Positions 31,562 through 42,643 of a stretch of 64,000 nt of DNA are shown here, piece by piece. The DNA lies in the IMG/VR virus record IMGVR_UViG_3300026518_000006, positions 171,594-235,593 of that record, one strand, 5' to 3'. The notes beneath the pieces are model-generated. The model ran no database searches, was not told where the DNA came from, and saw only the letters and a program-made list of their open reading frames with translations. The position numbers and the translations under genes were made by a program. Position 1 is the first letter of the stretch. The number at the start of each line of letters is the position of its first letter.

Positions 31562-32438
31562 ACTTGACGGTGATTTAACTTTGACTTATAGTTGGAGTAA
31601 CAATAATCACGGTATTTGTGGACACACTTTTGAAGTAATTGAGTACTACTTTATACTGAAGGACTTTTTTGATACAAACATTTTATTATGTGAAGATATT
31701 ACACCTGAAATATTTAAATCGGCTATTGAGGACAAATATGATTTCACAAAAGAAGAAATTGCAGATATTTTAAACAATACAAAGTTTATTAATAGACCTA
31801 TATTATTAAAAGGAAAGAATATTTTATTTGTTGATGGTGGAATTATTAACACCAACAACTACACTCTCCTATTTGACAATATTTTTTACTTTGCTTGCGG
31901 GAATAAAGAGGTCAAACATAACAATAAAAACAATGTTTATATTTTACAAGATGATAGAGTATATGAGCCTGTTGTTAAGAATGGCATAAATTATAAAAAG
32001 AAGTTATTATTTGATAGAATGAAGCCTATCAAAAACAATAAAACAGCAAATCTAATCTATGTTACAAAGAATTGCCGTGATATAAATGATGAGGTATTTA
32101 AAGAGCTTGAAAAAACCTACGATGGAAACTTTTTATACTTAGGAAATGAAGAAAAATACACCTCAAATAGATTTAAATTTATGAAAATGCCCGTCCGTAA
32201 CCTTTTTAGTGAGTTTGACACCTACATATATACTGAAGTTCCAAGACACTTTGATTGTAGCCCAAGGTTCATAGCTGAATGCAAATATTATGATAAAAAA
32301 GTAATATACCACAACATCTATTATTTAGAAGAAGATTTAGGATTAAAGTGGAGAAAGTATGATATAGAAAATGACTTTAATTCACTATTCTTAACTAAAG
32401 ACGATGACTTAATACCTATTATAAAGAGTATAATATGA
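31548..32438 (+). CDS. Putative glycosyltransferase-like protein (paralog B)
   Basis: GHTFEVIEYY...FSEFDTYIY...SPRFIAECKYYDKKV. Confidence 0.4.
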   Translation: MKIVKLDGDLTLTYSWSNNNHGICGHTFEVIEYYFILKDFFDTNILLCEDITPEIFKSAIEDKYDFTKEEIADILNNTKFINRPILLKGKNILFVDGGIINTNNYTLLFDNIFYFACGNKEVKHNNKNNVYILQDDRVYEPVVKNGINYKKKLLFDRMKPIKNNKTANLIYVTKNCRDINDEVFKELEKTYDGNFLYLGNEEKYTSNRFKFMKMPVRNLFSEFDTYIYTEVPRHFDCSPRFIAECKYYDKKVIYHNIYYLEEDLGLKWRKYDIENDFNSLFLTKDDDLIPIIKSII

Positions 32439-33061
32439 GTGAATGCAAAAACAAATACTCTATAGCGGTTACTTATGATTGTAATTGGAATTGTGGTTTT
32501 TGTATAGTTGATACTCATCATCAACCAAAAGTAACCTTTGAGGAGCTTAAAGAAAAGATAGATGAAGTAGAGCCCTTTTCGGAAGTATCGCTTAGTGGAG
32601 GAGAACCAGGACTACTTAAACAAAACGAGCTTGAGTATTGCATAAAAACCCTTAAAAACAAAAACTGTAAAATTAATGTTAATACAAACGGAACATTTTT
32701 TGTAAATCATAAAGAGTATTGTGATGATATAGATTTCTTTTATTATCATTGTTCGGAAAATTTGGATATAGATAAAGGTATATTGCTTGATGGGGTTCCG
32801 TTAGATAAAACCGAGTTTATGGTAGTATTGACAGATGAGAACTTTAAACGACTTGATTGGTTTATAGAAAACTATCCAAACATCTTATTTCGGGTAGCCT
32901 CTGCTGATGAAGCGATGGTAGGTGGAAAAAAGGGGACAACATTAAATACAAAAAATGCTATTAAAGTGTGGAAAAAACACAAAGACAAAATAACTAAAGA
33001 TAGTGTTATGTATCTACTTGAGAATTGTGTTAGTGTTAATAATGAATACAAGATAAAATAA
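32435..33061 (+). CDS. Radical SAM enzyme 4 (short)
   Basis: CNWNCGFC, LSGGEPG, NTNG. Confidence 0.9.
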   Translation: MSECKNKYSIAVTYDCNWNCGFCIVDTHHQPKVTFEELKEKIDEVEPFSEVSLSGGEPGLLKQNELEYCIKTLKNKNCKINVNTNGTFFVNHKEYCDDIDFFYYHCSENLDIDKGILLDGVPLDKTEFMVVLTDENFKRLDWFIENYPNILFRVASADEAMVGGKKGTTLNTKNAIKVWKKHKDKITKDSVMYLLENCVSVNNEYKIK

Positions 33062-33075
33062 ATTAGAGGTGTAAT

Positions 33076-34131
33076 TTGAGTAAAGTAAAGAGTCAAAGTA
33101 TTTTCAATTCAGCCTCTGTTGGAGGGATTATACCTGATACGACAGAGCCTATTTGCGAAAGAGCTAAATTAGATACAGGCACACATTGTCAAGCAAAGTG
33201 TTTTTTCTGCTATTATATTGATAGACTTGATGAGGTAACGCCTTTTGATGTTATTAGAAAAAGAATAGATTATTTGGTTGAATGCAGGATTAAAGAAGCT
33301 GATTTAAGTGGCGGGGAAAGTTCTATACATAAAGATTGGTTCAAGATACTCGACTATTGTCGAGAAAAAGGACTGAAAATTTCAACACTAAGCAATGGTA
33401 TTAAATTTGCGGATTTTGAGTTTTTAAACCAAAGTAAAGAGCACGGATTAAGTGAAATATTATTTAGCCTGCACGGTTATGATGAAGAAAGTCATAATCA
33501 AATAGTAGGGTCTAAAATAGCATTTAAAAATATCATACAATCAATAAAAAATGCTCATAAATTAGGTATAAAAGTGCGTATAAATTGTACAGTCACAAAC
33601 AAAAATTATACACAAATAGATACAAAATTTGTGGAATTAGTAAGAACACTAATGCCTTTTGAGGTAAATTTTATTACACTAAATTATTGGGATGATGCCA
33701 AAACACAAAAAACGATAGATTATAACCAAATAACCCCTCATATACATAAGGCTATCGATGAGCTTAAAGATTTTGTACCATATATTAATGTGCGTTATAC
33801 CCCTTATTGTTTTATGAAAGGGTATGAGAAATATGTGTGCAACTATTATCAGCATATATATGATATATATGATTGGAATATAGCAGTTTATGACCAAAAT
33901 ATAAGCCCTGATGAATACAAGAAAGACCCACTTAAAGCCTTATATGATAGTGCGAAAAGAAATAGATTAAACTCCTATTACAAAACAAAAGAGTGTTTTA
34001 ACTGTAAATACTACTATATATGTGATGGAATTGAAAATTCTATTCAACAAATAGAATTACATCCTGAAAGTGGAGAGAAAATAAGCAATCCAAACTTTTA
34101 TCGTAAAAACTTTTACAGTTATTCAAAATAA
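33076..34131 (+). CDS. Radical SAM enzyme 5
   Basis: CQAKCFFC, LSGGES, SNG, FSLHG; C-terminal PYC...CFNC...ICDG. Confidence 0.9.
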   Translation: MSKVKSQSIFNSASVGGIIPDTTEPICERAKLDTGTHCQAKCFFCYYIDRLDEVTPFDVIRKRIDYLVECRIKEADLSGGESSIHKDWFKILDYCREKGLKISTLSNGIKFADFEFLNQSKEHGLSEILFSLHGYDEESHNQIVGSKIAFKNIIQSIKNAHKLGIKVRINCTVTNKNYTQIDTKFVELVRTLMPFEVNFITLNYWDDAKTQKTIDYNQITPHIHKAIDELKDFVPYINVRYTPYCFMKGYEKYVCNYYQHIYDIYDWNIAVYDQNISPDEYKKDPLKALYDSAKRNRLNSYYKTKECFNCKYYYICDGIENSIQQIELHPESGEKISNPNFYRKNFYSYSK

Positions 34132-34200
34132 ACACTATTAAAGATGTAATTAAGTTTGATTAATTAAAATAATTAATCAAAACATAAGGTTAAACACAGT

Positions 34201-34911
34201 ATGAGAATTTTATCAAGAGAAGAAATCATAAAAGTTTGCGAAGAAAAGCACGGAAAGAAATACAACTACAGTCTTGTCAAGGATAGTTTAGGTTCAGACT
34301 CAATCCCTATTATTTGTGATAAACACGGTATTTTTAAACTATCTGTAAATTCCCACAAAAGAGGCGCAAGATGTCCCGTTTGTCATCCTCCTAAACTTTC
34401 TAATGAGGAAGTGATAGAGCAATTCAAAAAAGCCAATAATAACCAATACATATATGACATCACTAATTATACAAGCAATCAGACAAAAGTAGAAGTAATA
34501 TGTAAAAAACACGGAGTTTTTACGACATCCCCTGATAACCACAAAAGAGGCAACGGATGTCCTGATTGTGCGATTGATAAGATATATAAAAACAAACCTA
34601 CTTATCTTTACCATCTTAGTATTAATAATAATGGGAAGACGCAATATAAATTGGGGGTGTGTTTGAAGCGTGATTTTGATACAGTTGAAGAGGCTGTTAA
34701 TTACAGATATAGTTATGAAAAGAAGCATAATGTTGAATTTCATATACTTGATTATAAATTATATGATGATGGGGTACAGGCATATAAACTCGAACAGGCT
34801 GTCATAAATGAATTGAAAGATAAACATATACCTAAAAATGAAAGTATTATGTTTAGCGGATATACTGAAATATTTAATGAGGATTTTATATCGGATTTCA
34901 ATTTATTTTAA
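34201..34911 (+). mobile_element. Homing-endonuclease-like gene (two C.KHG.F...H..G..CP.C zinc ribbons plus GIY-YIG-like nuclease)
   Basis: ICDKHGIF...HKRGARCPVC and ICKKHGVF...HKRGNGCPDC; TYLY...YKLG...RY...LEQ...GYTEIF. Confidence 0.7.
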
Positions 34912-35032
34912 GGTTGAAATGGTATTATTCATTAATAATTTGTTAATTAATGTTGTATTTTATTAACAGATTACAAATAAAATAAGTCATTCGACTAAAA
35001 AACAAAAAATCCCAAGAGGTAAAGGAATAATT

Positions 35033-35614
35033 ATGAAGCATATTATCGCTTTTTTCGGAATTATGGCAGTTATGGTATCAACAGCAGTTGCAGGTGGGGA
35101 CATCGCACCAGTAGAGCCTGTAGTAGAGCAACCCAAGAACTTTTATGTAGGTGGCGCATTAACAGCTTCGCAAGTATATGACCAAGGTGACTCTCATTGG
35201 TTTAACGACACTGCATCAGCAGAAACAGGATATGGTCTTGGTGTTCAAGCAGGTTATGTATTCTTTAGAACAGGTGATTTTTCTTCGGCTGTAGAGGTTA
35301 GAGCTAACAGAACATTTTGGTCTTTTGCAGATGATGTTGATGGTGAAGTAACCTCTTACGGTGCTTTTGTTAAACCTGAGTATAGCTTTGGTGATTATGG
35401 TGTTTATGGTCTTGTTGGTTATGGTCAAACAAGACTTACAGGTACAGGATTCAAACAAACAGAAAATGGTTTTGCATATGGCGGTGGTGTAGAATATGCA
35501 CTTACTGAGTCATTTGCTGTATTTGTTGATTATGTGGTTAATCCTGAAATCAAAGAAACTCCGAAAGATATCGAAAATGACACTATTTCAATCGGTGTAA
35601 ACTACAAGTTCTAA
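35033..35614 (+). CDS. Outer-membrane beta-barrel protein (OMP_b-brl/porin family)
   Basis: Signal peptide, GGDIAPVEP, alternating beta strands (FYVG, GVQAGY, YGLVGYG, FAYGGGVEY), terminal GVNYKF. Confidence 0.88.
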   Translation: MKHIIAFFGIMAVMVSTAVAGGDIAPVEPVVEQPKNFYVGGALTASQVYDQGDSHWFNDTASAETGYGLGVQAGYVFFRTGDFSSAVEVRANRTFWSFADDVDGEVTSYGAFVKPEYSFGDYGVYGLVGYGQTRLTGTGFKQTENGFAYGGGVEYALTESFAVFVDYVVNPEIKETPKDIENDTISIGVNYKF

Positions 35615-35634
35615 TCCTTAATTAGAGCTATTTG

Positions 35635-35656
35635 AGAACACTCCGAAGAGTGTTCT
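35635..35656 (+). terminator. Hairpin after the OMP gene
   Basis: AGAACACTC-CGAA-GAGTGTTCT. Confidence 0.6.
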
Positions 35657-35679
35657 ATTAATAGTTTGTAAGGATATAA

Positions 35680-36369
35680 GTGAAAATAACCAATTTTAAA
35701 CTACTTCAATCGGAGCAGATGGACTATTTTGATATCAAGATAAATATCAAGATTTCCTCGCAGATAAATCAATGGACAGAAGAAGATTTTGAAACAGTAT
35801 TGGGCTTTATAGCAAAACAAAAATACAACAAAATTTGGGTTATAATTGAAACTATCGACACAAATCATTGGGAATACTTCATATATGAACTAATAAAGAT
35901 ATTCTATAATAAAGAGCTTTTAGTAGAGTTTCCTAAATTAGATATAGATGATAATAGATTGGAACTTTTTGTGACCCAAATCAACGAAATAAAATCATAC
36001 CAACAAGAGTTTGTGTTTTGTGAAGACAATAGAGTGTCGGATAAATACATAGATGATGAGGGTATATACTACAGAGAAAATGACTCCAAAAAACACCATA
36101 GAAATTTTAAAATAATAACGAAAAACAAAGAAAAGATAATCACAGAAAAAGAAGCCTTAAAACTGCCATTTAAAGATATGAAGTGTCAGAGTGGTGTGAA
36201 AAGTCTTTTTATAGATGAGATGTTAAACGCTTACCATTGTATACAAGATTGCCAGTCTGATACAAACATAATTAACTTGAAAACCAATAAAAGCGATAAT
36301 TTTTTTAAGCCCACTATATGTGAGCATAAACAATGTAAAAGCGGTTTAGATTTTGAGAAGTTTATATGA
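35680..36369 (+). CDS. Degenerate radical-SAM-like protein retaining only the C-terminal twitch/SPASM-like cysteines
   Basis: No CxxxCxxC; C-terminal CQSG..SLFID......HC...ICEHKQC matches the C-termini of neighbouring rSAMs. Confidence 0.5.
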   Translation: MKITNFKLLQSEQMDYFDIKINIKISSQINQWTEEDFETVLGFIAKQKYNKIWVIIETIDTNHWEYFIYELIKIFYNKELLVEFPKLDIDDNRLELFVTQINEIKSYQQEFVFCEDNRVSDKYIDDEGIYYRENDSKKHHRNFKIITKNKEKIITEKEALKLPFKDMKCQSGVKSLFIDEMLNAYHCIQDCQSDTNIINLKTNKSDNFFKPTICEHKQCKSGLDFEKFI

Positions 36370-37001
36370 AACTCAGTGTTTTAATACCTACCCATAATAG
36401 ACCAAAAATGTTTAAAAGAGCCCTCAGCAGTATATTGAGTGTGATGGGAAAATATAATGTTGAGATTATTGTAAGATGTGATGACAACAGTGTTACAAAA
36501 AAGGATATACCTGTAGGACATAATATCCACCTCTACCACGCTAAAAAAGACATCAATGGAATGTACAAAGAACTCTATGAAAAGAGCACAGGGGATTATA
36601 TCTATTACTTAGAGGACGATGATTATATTACGCCTTATTTTGAAACAGCATATAAAGAAGTATCAAACGGTTTAGAACTCTTTGTAGGGCTGTATAATAG
36701 TGTTAATAAAGAGACCAATATTTCGCAAATATCCGAATATCGGATAAAACACAACACCTTATATATACCAAGTGATTTTCAATTGAGTCAAATGATTTTT
36801 AAACGAAATTTAATAAAACCAAGTGATTTCCCAACATCATACCATAATGAAAATGATGAGGTGTTATTGAAAACTATTTTAGACAGAGTTAATAAAAAGA
36901 AAGTAAAGTATTCAATGCGATATATATTTAATCAGGACATTGACTATAATAACCTCAGTTTAGATGATATTTTAAAACCAAGAAAGATAAAAAATGGATA
37001 A
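36366..37001 (+). CDS. Glycosyltransferase family 2
   Basis: LSVLIPTHNRP, EIIV.CDD, GDYIYYLEDDD. Confidence 0.88.
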   Translation: MKLSVLIPTHNRPKMFKRALSSILSVMGKYNVEIIVRCDDNSVTKKDIPVGHNIHLYHAKKDINGMYKELYEKSTGDYIYYLEDDDYITPYFETAYKEVSNGLELFVGLYNSVNKETNISQISEYRIKHNTLYIPSDFQLSQMIFKRNLIKPSDFPTSYHNENDEVLLKTILDRVNKKKVKYSMRYIFNQDIDYNNLSLDDILKPRKIKNG

Positions 37002-37893
37002 TTTTGACTATTTTTATGAAGATGTAGTGAATTATAGCAACGACAACACTATTCAATTATTCATAGACATCACTACAGTTTGCAATCTTACCTGTAGCTA
37101 TTGTTTCGCACGAAAAGAAAAGGATTGGGATGAGGTTTTAGAGACAGAAAGAGTGCAGAAAATTATGACACTAATCAAACAAAGTCCTTATAATTTCAAT
37201 GTATTGTTATTCGGAGGAGAACCACTACTTCATAAAGATATAGAAACGATAATCAATATTATTAAAAAGTCAGATAAAGTAAAGAATATTATGGTGCTTT
37301 CAAACGGGACTTTAAGTGACGGATTGTATGATTTCAAAGATGTGTATTATTGCTTGACACTTCACGAACTTACAGATAAACAAATAGATAAGTTTGTGAG
37401 GCATTGTCATAAAATAGAGCCCGATAAATTGAAGATAAATATACCTTTAAATATTTACAACACTTCACTAAAAAGAGCGTACAAAAAACTAATTCAAGAG
37501 GGCTTTAAAGACAAGATATTTTTCAGTGTTATTTATGATGATGATACTAAAAATATAATACCTCTTCCTGAAATAAGAGAACGCCTTGATTATATCGACT
37601 TTACTATAGATGATAATCACTATCTCAACGGAAAGAGAATGAACTATATGGATTATTTAGATTTGCATTTATCACTAAATCCAAAAAGAGATGTAAAGAC
37701 CTGTTATATTAATGAACTAAACATAGATATTGATGGTAATATAAGTAATGATTGTATGGGTATAAATTCCAACATTTATGATGATGTTTTTTTCTTTAAA
37801 CACTTTAAATTAGGGTATAATTGCACAAAAGAACAATGTAAAGATTGTACAGGAACTATCACCTGTGCTAAAGAGTTACAGGAGAGAAAATGA
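36994..37893 (+). CDS. Radical SAM enzyme 6
   Basis: CNLTCSYC, FGGEPLLH, SNG; C-terminal Cys cluster. Confidence 0.9.
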   Translation: MDNFDYFYEDVVNYSNDNTIQLFIDITTVCNLTCSYCFARKEKDWDEVLETERVQKIMTLIKQSPYNFNVLLFGGEPLLHKDIETIINIIKKSDKVKNIMVLSNGTLSDGLYDFKDVYYCLTLHELTDKQIDKFVRHCHKIEPDKLKINIPLNIYNTSLKRAYKKLIQEGFKDKIFFSVIYDDDTKNIIPLPEIRERLDYIDFTIDDNHYLNGKRMNYMDYLDLHLSLNPKRDVKTCYINELNIDIDGNISNDCMGINSNIYDDVFFFKHFKLGYNCTKEQCKDCTGTITCAKELQERK

Positions 37894-38931
37894 CAGAATA
37901 TGATGAGTTAAAGACTGTAGTAGTTGGAAGAGATTTTGACTGCAACTATATTATTGACAAAGAACTAAAATACTCATTAACATTGAAAGGTGATTTTGAT
38001 TATGATAAATTCTATAATGATATTAAAAAGAATTTAAGAGAGCGAAATGAATCACTTGATAAGTTATCAGAAATATTGGAAAGTAAAGGCGTTAAAGTAT
38101 TTAGACCAAAATACAACTCTTATGATGAGATAGTTGATGACTCAGGTAAAGATGTTGCTGATACTCAGAATTTTGATAGCAATGCCCGGGATATTTTTAT
38201 AGTTATCGAGGATAAAGTGATTATTGCGCCTACATTTAACTCAAGAAGAAATAAGTTATATAAACTCTATGAAAATGTGTTTGAGTATTTGTTGGGAAAA
38301 GGGTATAAAATAATTTATCCTCCTGAAACAAACGGAAAGCGTGATTTCGATTATTACCCTATCACAACTCCTGTTGATTTTTTTGTTGAAAAAGCTCACG
38401 ACTATGTTTGAGACAGCCAATTTAATCAAAACAAAAGATGGAGTTGTGTTTAATATAAGTAATCATAATCATTATAGTGGTTATCTTTGGTTTAAAGAAA
38501 TTGTTGATTGTGATGTTTTTCCTTGTTTTGTTGATTATGGTCATATAGATGGGGGAATGAATATAGTCAATGATGACTTATTACTATTATGTTTTAACTC
38601 AGACCATATATCTGAATCTGAAATATTAAAAAAAATACCAACACCATTTAAAAAATGTGATGTAATAACGGTTGACAAAAATCCTAAATCATATAAAAGA
38701 AAAACCGATGTATTTTTGGCTTCAAAGGGAGGAATGGAAATAAACAGTTTATCAATAAATCCAAACACTATTATAATATCAAAAAATAAATCTTTAAAAA
38801 AGAAGCTTAATGATAGAAATATAGATGTTATCGAAATGTCGTTAAAACACGATAGACTGTTTAATGGAGGTGTGCATTGTGTTACTGTAGACTTAGAAAG
38901 AAGTGATGATGAATCCACACTATCAATTTAA
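37890..38931 (+). CDS. Amidinotransferase (glycine/inosamine-phosphate type), frameshifted into two ORFs near 38378-38410
   Basis: EYDELKTVVVG, GVKVFRP and ARD in ORF1; FETAN, HIDG, N.LSI and GGVHCVTVDL in ORF2; removing one T from the T7 run at about 38378 fuses them. Confidence 0.8.
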
Positions 38932-39727
38932 CTATTACATCAATACCATTTGCAATCAGTATTGTGATTATTGTTATGCACGAAATGGGTATGAATGGAA
39001 TAAAATAAAACCTTTAAGGACTATCTTGACAGAATTAAGTTGGTTCAAAGAATTTAAGCATAAATCTATTATAACTCTTATTGGAGGAGAGCCTACTTTA
39101 CACCCAAAATTCAATGAAATAGTCACATTTATAGCTGAAAATCTTGACCATTATTTGCATATATATACAAACGGACAATTTAATGTAGATAAAGTGTCTC
39201 ATACACTTAAACATAATGCGCTTTGGACTTTCAGTTATCACGGTAAATATGTGAAAGATGAAAAATTATTTATAAAGAACATCGAGTATTTTATAAACAA
39301 TAATATAGATTTTAATATTACTATTATAGCGCAAAACACGATTTCTGATGAGTTTTTCAATTTTTTGAAAAACAATAATTTAAAAGAAAAGGTATCAGTG
39401 ACATTTATCCACGAATCAAATGATTATACACCAAACGAAACAATTAATTCGATATTCTTCAGTGATTGGTTCAAAAACACCAAAAATATGGTAAGTTTTT
39501 ATGATGATAACTATTTTAAGAAAAATGCAAGATATAAAGGTCGCAAATGCTATTACAATGAGATTGATATATTGGATGGAAAAATACACTCTAATGAATG
39601 TAATATAGATTTTTGTGAGCCATTTACAAAAGAAGCACTGTTGCAATTACCGCCTTTTTCTCCTGTTGTTTGTGATAGAGACTATTGTAAACAAGATTGT
39701 GCTTTTCTGTTCCCAAAGAAGGTATAA
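38903..39727 (+). CDS. Radical SAM enzyme 7
   Basis: CNQYCDYC, IGGEPTLHP, TNG, SYH. Confidence 0.9.
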   Translation: MMMNPHYQFNYYINTICNQYCDYCYARNGYEWNKIKPLRTILTELSWFKEFKHKSIITLIGGEPTLHPKFNEIVTFIAENLDHYLHIYTNGQFNVDKVSHTLKHNALWTFSYHGKYVKDEKLFIKNIEYFINNNIDFNITIIAQNTISDEFFNFLKNNNLKEKVSVTFIHESNDYTPNETINSIFFSDWFKNTKNMVSFYDDNYFKKNARYKGRKCYYNEIDILDGKIHSNECNIDFCEPFTKEALLQLPPFSPVVCDRDYCKQDCAFLFPKKV

Positions 39728-39728
39728 A

Positions 39729-40679
39729 ATGCAAACTTACAATAACAAAGAAATTGTTAAATTTTATAATAGAAATGAAATTAAAGACCATAATTTTTTA
39801 ATATTTGAACTACTTATAATAGAGGTGTGTAATCTACATTGTTCTTATTGTTATATGCGAAATGAAAGCCCCACTTGGGAAAGTATATACCGAAAAGAAA
39901 AAATCACAGCTATTATAGAAAAATTATCGTCTTTAAATAAACCAGTATCAATTTGTTTGAGTGGAGGTGAAGCAACACTCAGCCCACATTTTATGTATTT
40001 TGTAAAATTGATAACTACACATATAAAAAATCCAAACAGTGCTATAAAGAACTTGCATATAAACACAAACTTCAGATTGTCTAAAGAGAAGATAAAAGAA
40101 ATTCAGTCTATAAATCCTAATGTTACATTTCACATATCTTACCACAGCTCTGACGAAACACCACAAGATGAGTTTATAGAAAAGTTATTATTGTTGCCAT
40201 CTGAACATAGAGAGCTAAATATTATGTTGCACCCAAAAAAATCTGAACTTAAAAAAACCGAAAACTTTATCCAAAAATGTATCGAAGCAGGTATAAACTT
40301 TTATGTCAAACCTGTCTATATAAATGGAAAATATAAACCCCAAAAACACGCCCTTGAAATTATTGAGAAGTATTCTCAATATACCACTAAAGAATATATA
40401 ATAGAAAGTAAAGAAGATAAAACACCAATGAATGATTGGGATTTATACCAAAATAATTTGATACCTTTAGATACTTTTGGTTATAACTGCAAATATACTT
40501 TTTTTACTATTGATGGTAATGGGTATATCAAACAGATGTGTAAATTGTTTGATATCAATAATATTTTTGATGATTTTCAATTTTTCTTAGACTATAATAT
40601 AAAAGATGGTATAATATGTCCATTTAAAAATTCTTGCCTATGGGCTTCGTCTTTAGACCACTTAAAAGAGAAGATATGA
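39729..40679 (+). CDS. Radical SAM enzyme 8
   Basis: CNLHCSYC, LSGGEATL, NTN, SYH; probable start MQTYNN at 39729. Confidence 0.9.
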   Translation: MQTYNNKEIVKFYNRNEIKDHNFLIFELLIIEVCNLHCSYCYMRNESPTWESIYRKEKITAIIEKLSSLNKPVSICLSGGEATLSPHFMYFVKLITTHIKNPNSAIKNLHINTNFRLSKEKIKEIQSINPNVTFHISYHSSDETPQDEFIEKLLLLPSEHRELNIMLHPKKSELKKTENFIQKCIEAGINFYVKPVYINGKYKPQKHALEIIEKYSQYTTKEYIIESKEDKTPMNDWDLYQNNLIPLDTFGYNCKYTFFTIDGNGYIKQMCKLFDINNIFDDFQFFLDYNIKDGIICPFKNSCLWASSLDHLKEKI

Positions 40680-41581
40680 CATACAATAATCAACATACAA
40701 CAATAGTGATTCCAATTGAAAACCATAAACAATTATTAGTACAAACTATAATTTTGATAAGAAGTATAAGACAAAATATCCCAAACAGAAGAGTGTTAAT
40801 AATCAATCACAACAATTCCAATATACCCGAATGGTTTATAAAGCTATTGGATGATGAAGAGTTGATAAATATATCTTTGACTAATAACAAATGGTATTAT
40901 AAGAAAGAAGCTTATTTTTTACTTATGCCCGAAACACTAAAATATGTAAATGAAAATTACAACTTAGATGCCTATTTATTTTTAGACCCCGACACTATAA
41001 TCACAGAGTCTTTACCACCCGCCTCAAATAGTGTAGATGTCTTCAAAACACCGATGAATGAGTACACAGACTTATTACTTTATATGTTTTCTATAGAACA
41101 CCCTGTAATAAAAAAGAACTACACACATTTTGACACTTTTTGTATTTATTCTAAAAACAAAGATTTTATTAACGATTGGTATGAAGAATCAGTAAAACTT
41201 TCCAAATTCAAAAGTAAAATTAATGAGCGTTTTCAACATTTTTGTGAGGAGTTGGCTATTACTATATTAATGGATAAATACACTATAACGAGTCAAGTTT
41301 CAAACGCTTTTTTGGACACAGAACCAATTATGTTTAAACCTGTTTATCATTATGATAATCTCAAAAACATATACAACCATCTACCAAAAAAAGACAAAAT
41401 ATTAGTAGATGTTATATTAAAAGGTGAGTATATGGGGGAGGACAAACACTACAGGGTCATAAATAATTTAGATGTTATAAAAAAAGAAATAGAAGATTTT
41501 ATCAAATATGAAAAATCACCAATCTATTATGAAACAATTAGAACACTACGGTACAAAACCCCATATGATTTTATAGATTAG
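40676..41581 (+). CDS. Putative GT-A (GT8-like) glycosyltransferase
   Basis: LIRSIR...YLFLDPDTI (DxD)...EE.A...YHY. Confidence 0.55.
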   Translation: MTYNNQHTTIVIPIENHKQLLVQTIILIRSIRQNIPNRRVLIINHNNSNIPEWFIKLLDDEELINISLTNNKWYYKKEAYFLLMPETLKYVNENYNLDAYLFLDPDTIITESLPPASNSVDVFKTPMNEYTDLLLYMFSIEHPVIKKNYTHFDTFCIYSKNKDFINDWYEESVKLSKFKSKINERFQHFCEELAITILMDKYTITSQVSNAFLDTEPIMFKPVYHYDNLKNIYNHLPKKDKILVDVILKGEYMGEDKHYRVINNLDVIKKEIEDFIKYEKSPIYYETIRTLRYKTPYDFID

Positions 41582-41589
41582 GAATAAAA

Positions 41590-42579
41590 ATGAGACAGTA
41601 TGATTTTAATTATATTGATAGCAAAGTAGTTGGGTTTATGATAAATGATATTTGTAATATGGCTTGTACTTATTGTTATCAACAAGCAAACAATTTATGT
41701 GAAGACGACCACAAAAAAAATAGAGCTCTTATTGATAAAGTGCTTGATTATGTTGTGCATCTATCAGAAGTAGATAGACCTCATCAGATAAGCATAGAGG
41801 GAGGGGAGCCATTTTTTGATACACAAACATTAGAATACTTTTTCACACAGGTTGAAAAAAAATTAAAACAATACCCAAATTTTTATTCAAGGATATTAAT
41901 TGTAACAAACGGGACTAAAAGAGATAATATAAAATACATTATAGATAAATTTGATTTTAGTGCTTTCAATGTCACAATGGAAGTATCATTACATTATACG
42001 CAAATGTCAAATACAGCACTAAAAAAATTCACATCTAATGTTGTGGAATTTAAAAAATATATTGAGTATGTTAGAGTATTGGCACCATTAAGCCTAAAAA
42101 AGCTCCCAAAATACCTAAATATTATATTGAAAGTGTTAGATTTGCACGATGTATATTATTTTTTTGCACCAATTGTAGGATTAAATGAAATTAATGAGAT
42201 ATATGATATGAGTGGTTTTCCTTTTAAGGGTGAGGTAGATGTTTTAATAAATGGGGAAACAAAGAATATCAATGCAATATACGACAAATCACTAACAACT
42301 GACGGTATGGTGTGTGAAAATAATCAGTGCTTCTTTTTTTATAATACAGGGGATATAAAAATGTTTTCCTGTATTAATAATAGAGAAACAAAAAATATCT
42401 TCAAAGATAGTTTTGATGATATTTTTCAAATGGATAAACGAACAATATGTACTCTTGATTATTGTATGGACTGTAATTTGAATACAAAATATGAGATGTC
42501 TGAGTTAGACCCAAACAATAAAGACGATGCTGACTTAATAAAATATTACATAGAGCAACGAAATAATACATCTTTCTAA
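41590..42579 (+). CDS. Radical SAM enzyme 9
   Basis: CNMACTYC, EGGEPF, TNG, SLH; C-terminal Cys cluster. Confidence 0.9.
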   Translation: MRQYDFNYIDSKVVGFMINDICNMACTYCYQQANNLCEDDHKKNRALIDKVLDYVVHLSEVDRPHQISIEGGEPFFDTQTLEYFFTQVEKKLKQYPNFYSRILIVTNGTKRDNIKYIIDKFDFSAFNVTMEVSLHYTQMSNTALKKFTSNVVEFKKYIEYVRVLAPLSLKKLPKYLNIILKVLDLHDVYYFFAPIVGLNEINEIYDMSGFPFKGEVDVLINGETKNINAIYDKSLTTDGMVCENNQCFFFYNTGDIKMFSCINNRETKNIFKDSFDDIFQMDKRTICTLDYCMDCNLNTKYEMSELDPNNKDDADLIKYYIEQRNNTSF

Positions 42580-42643
42580 TTCCTAAACATTGCCATAAAA
42601 CTATTAAAAGTATTTTTAAAGGTAATTTATGGCATAATAAAGT

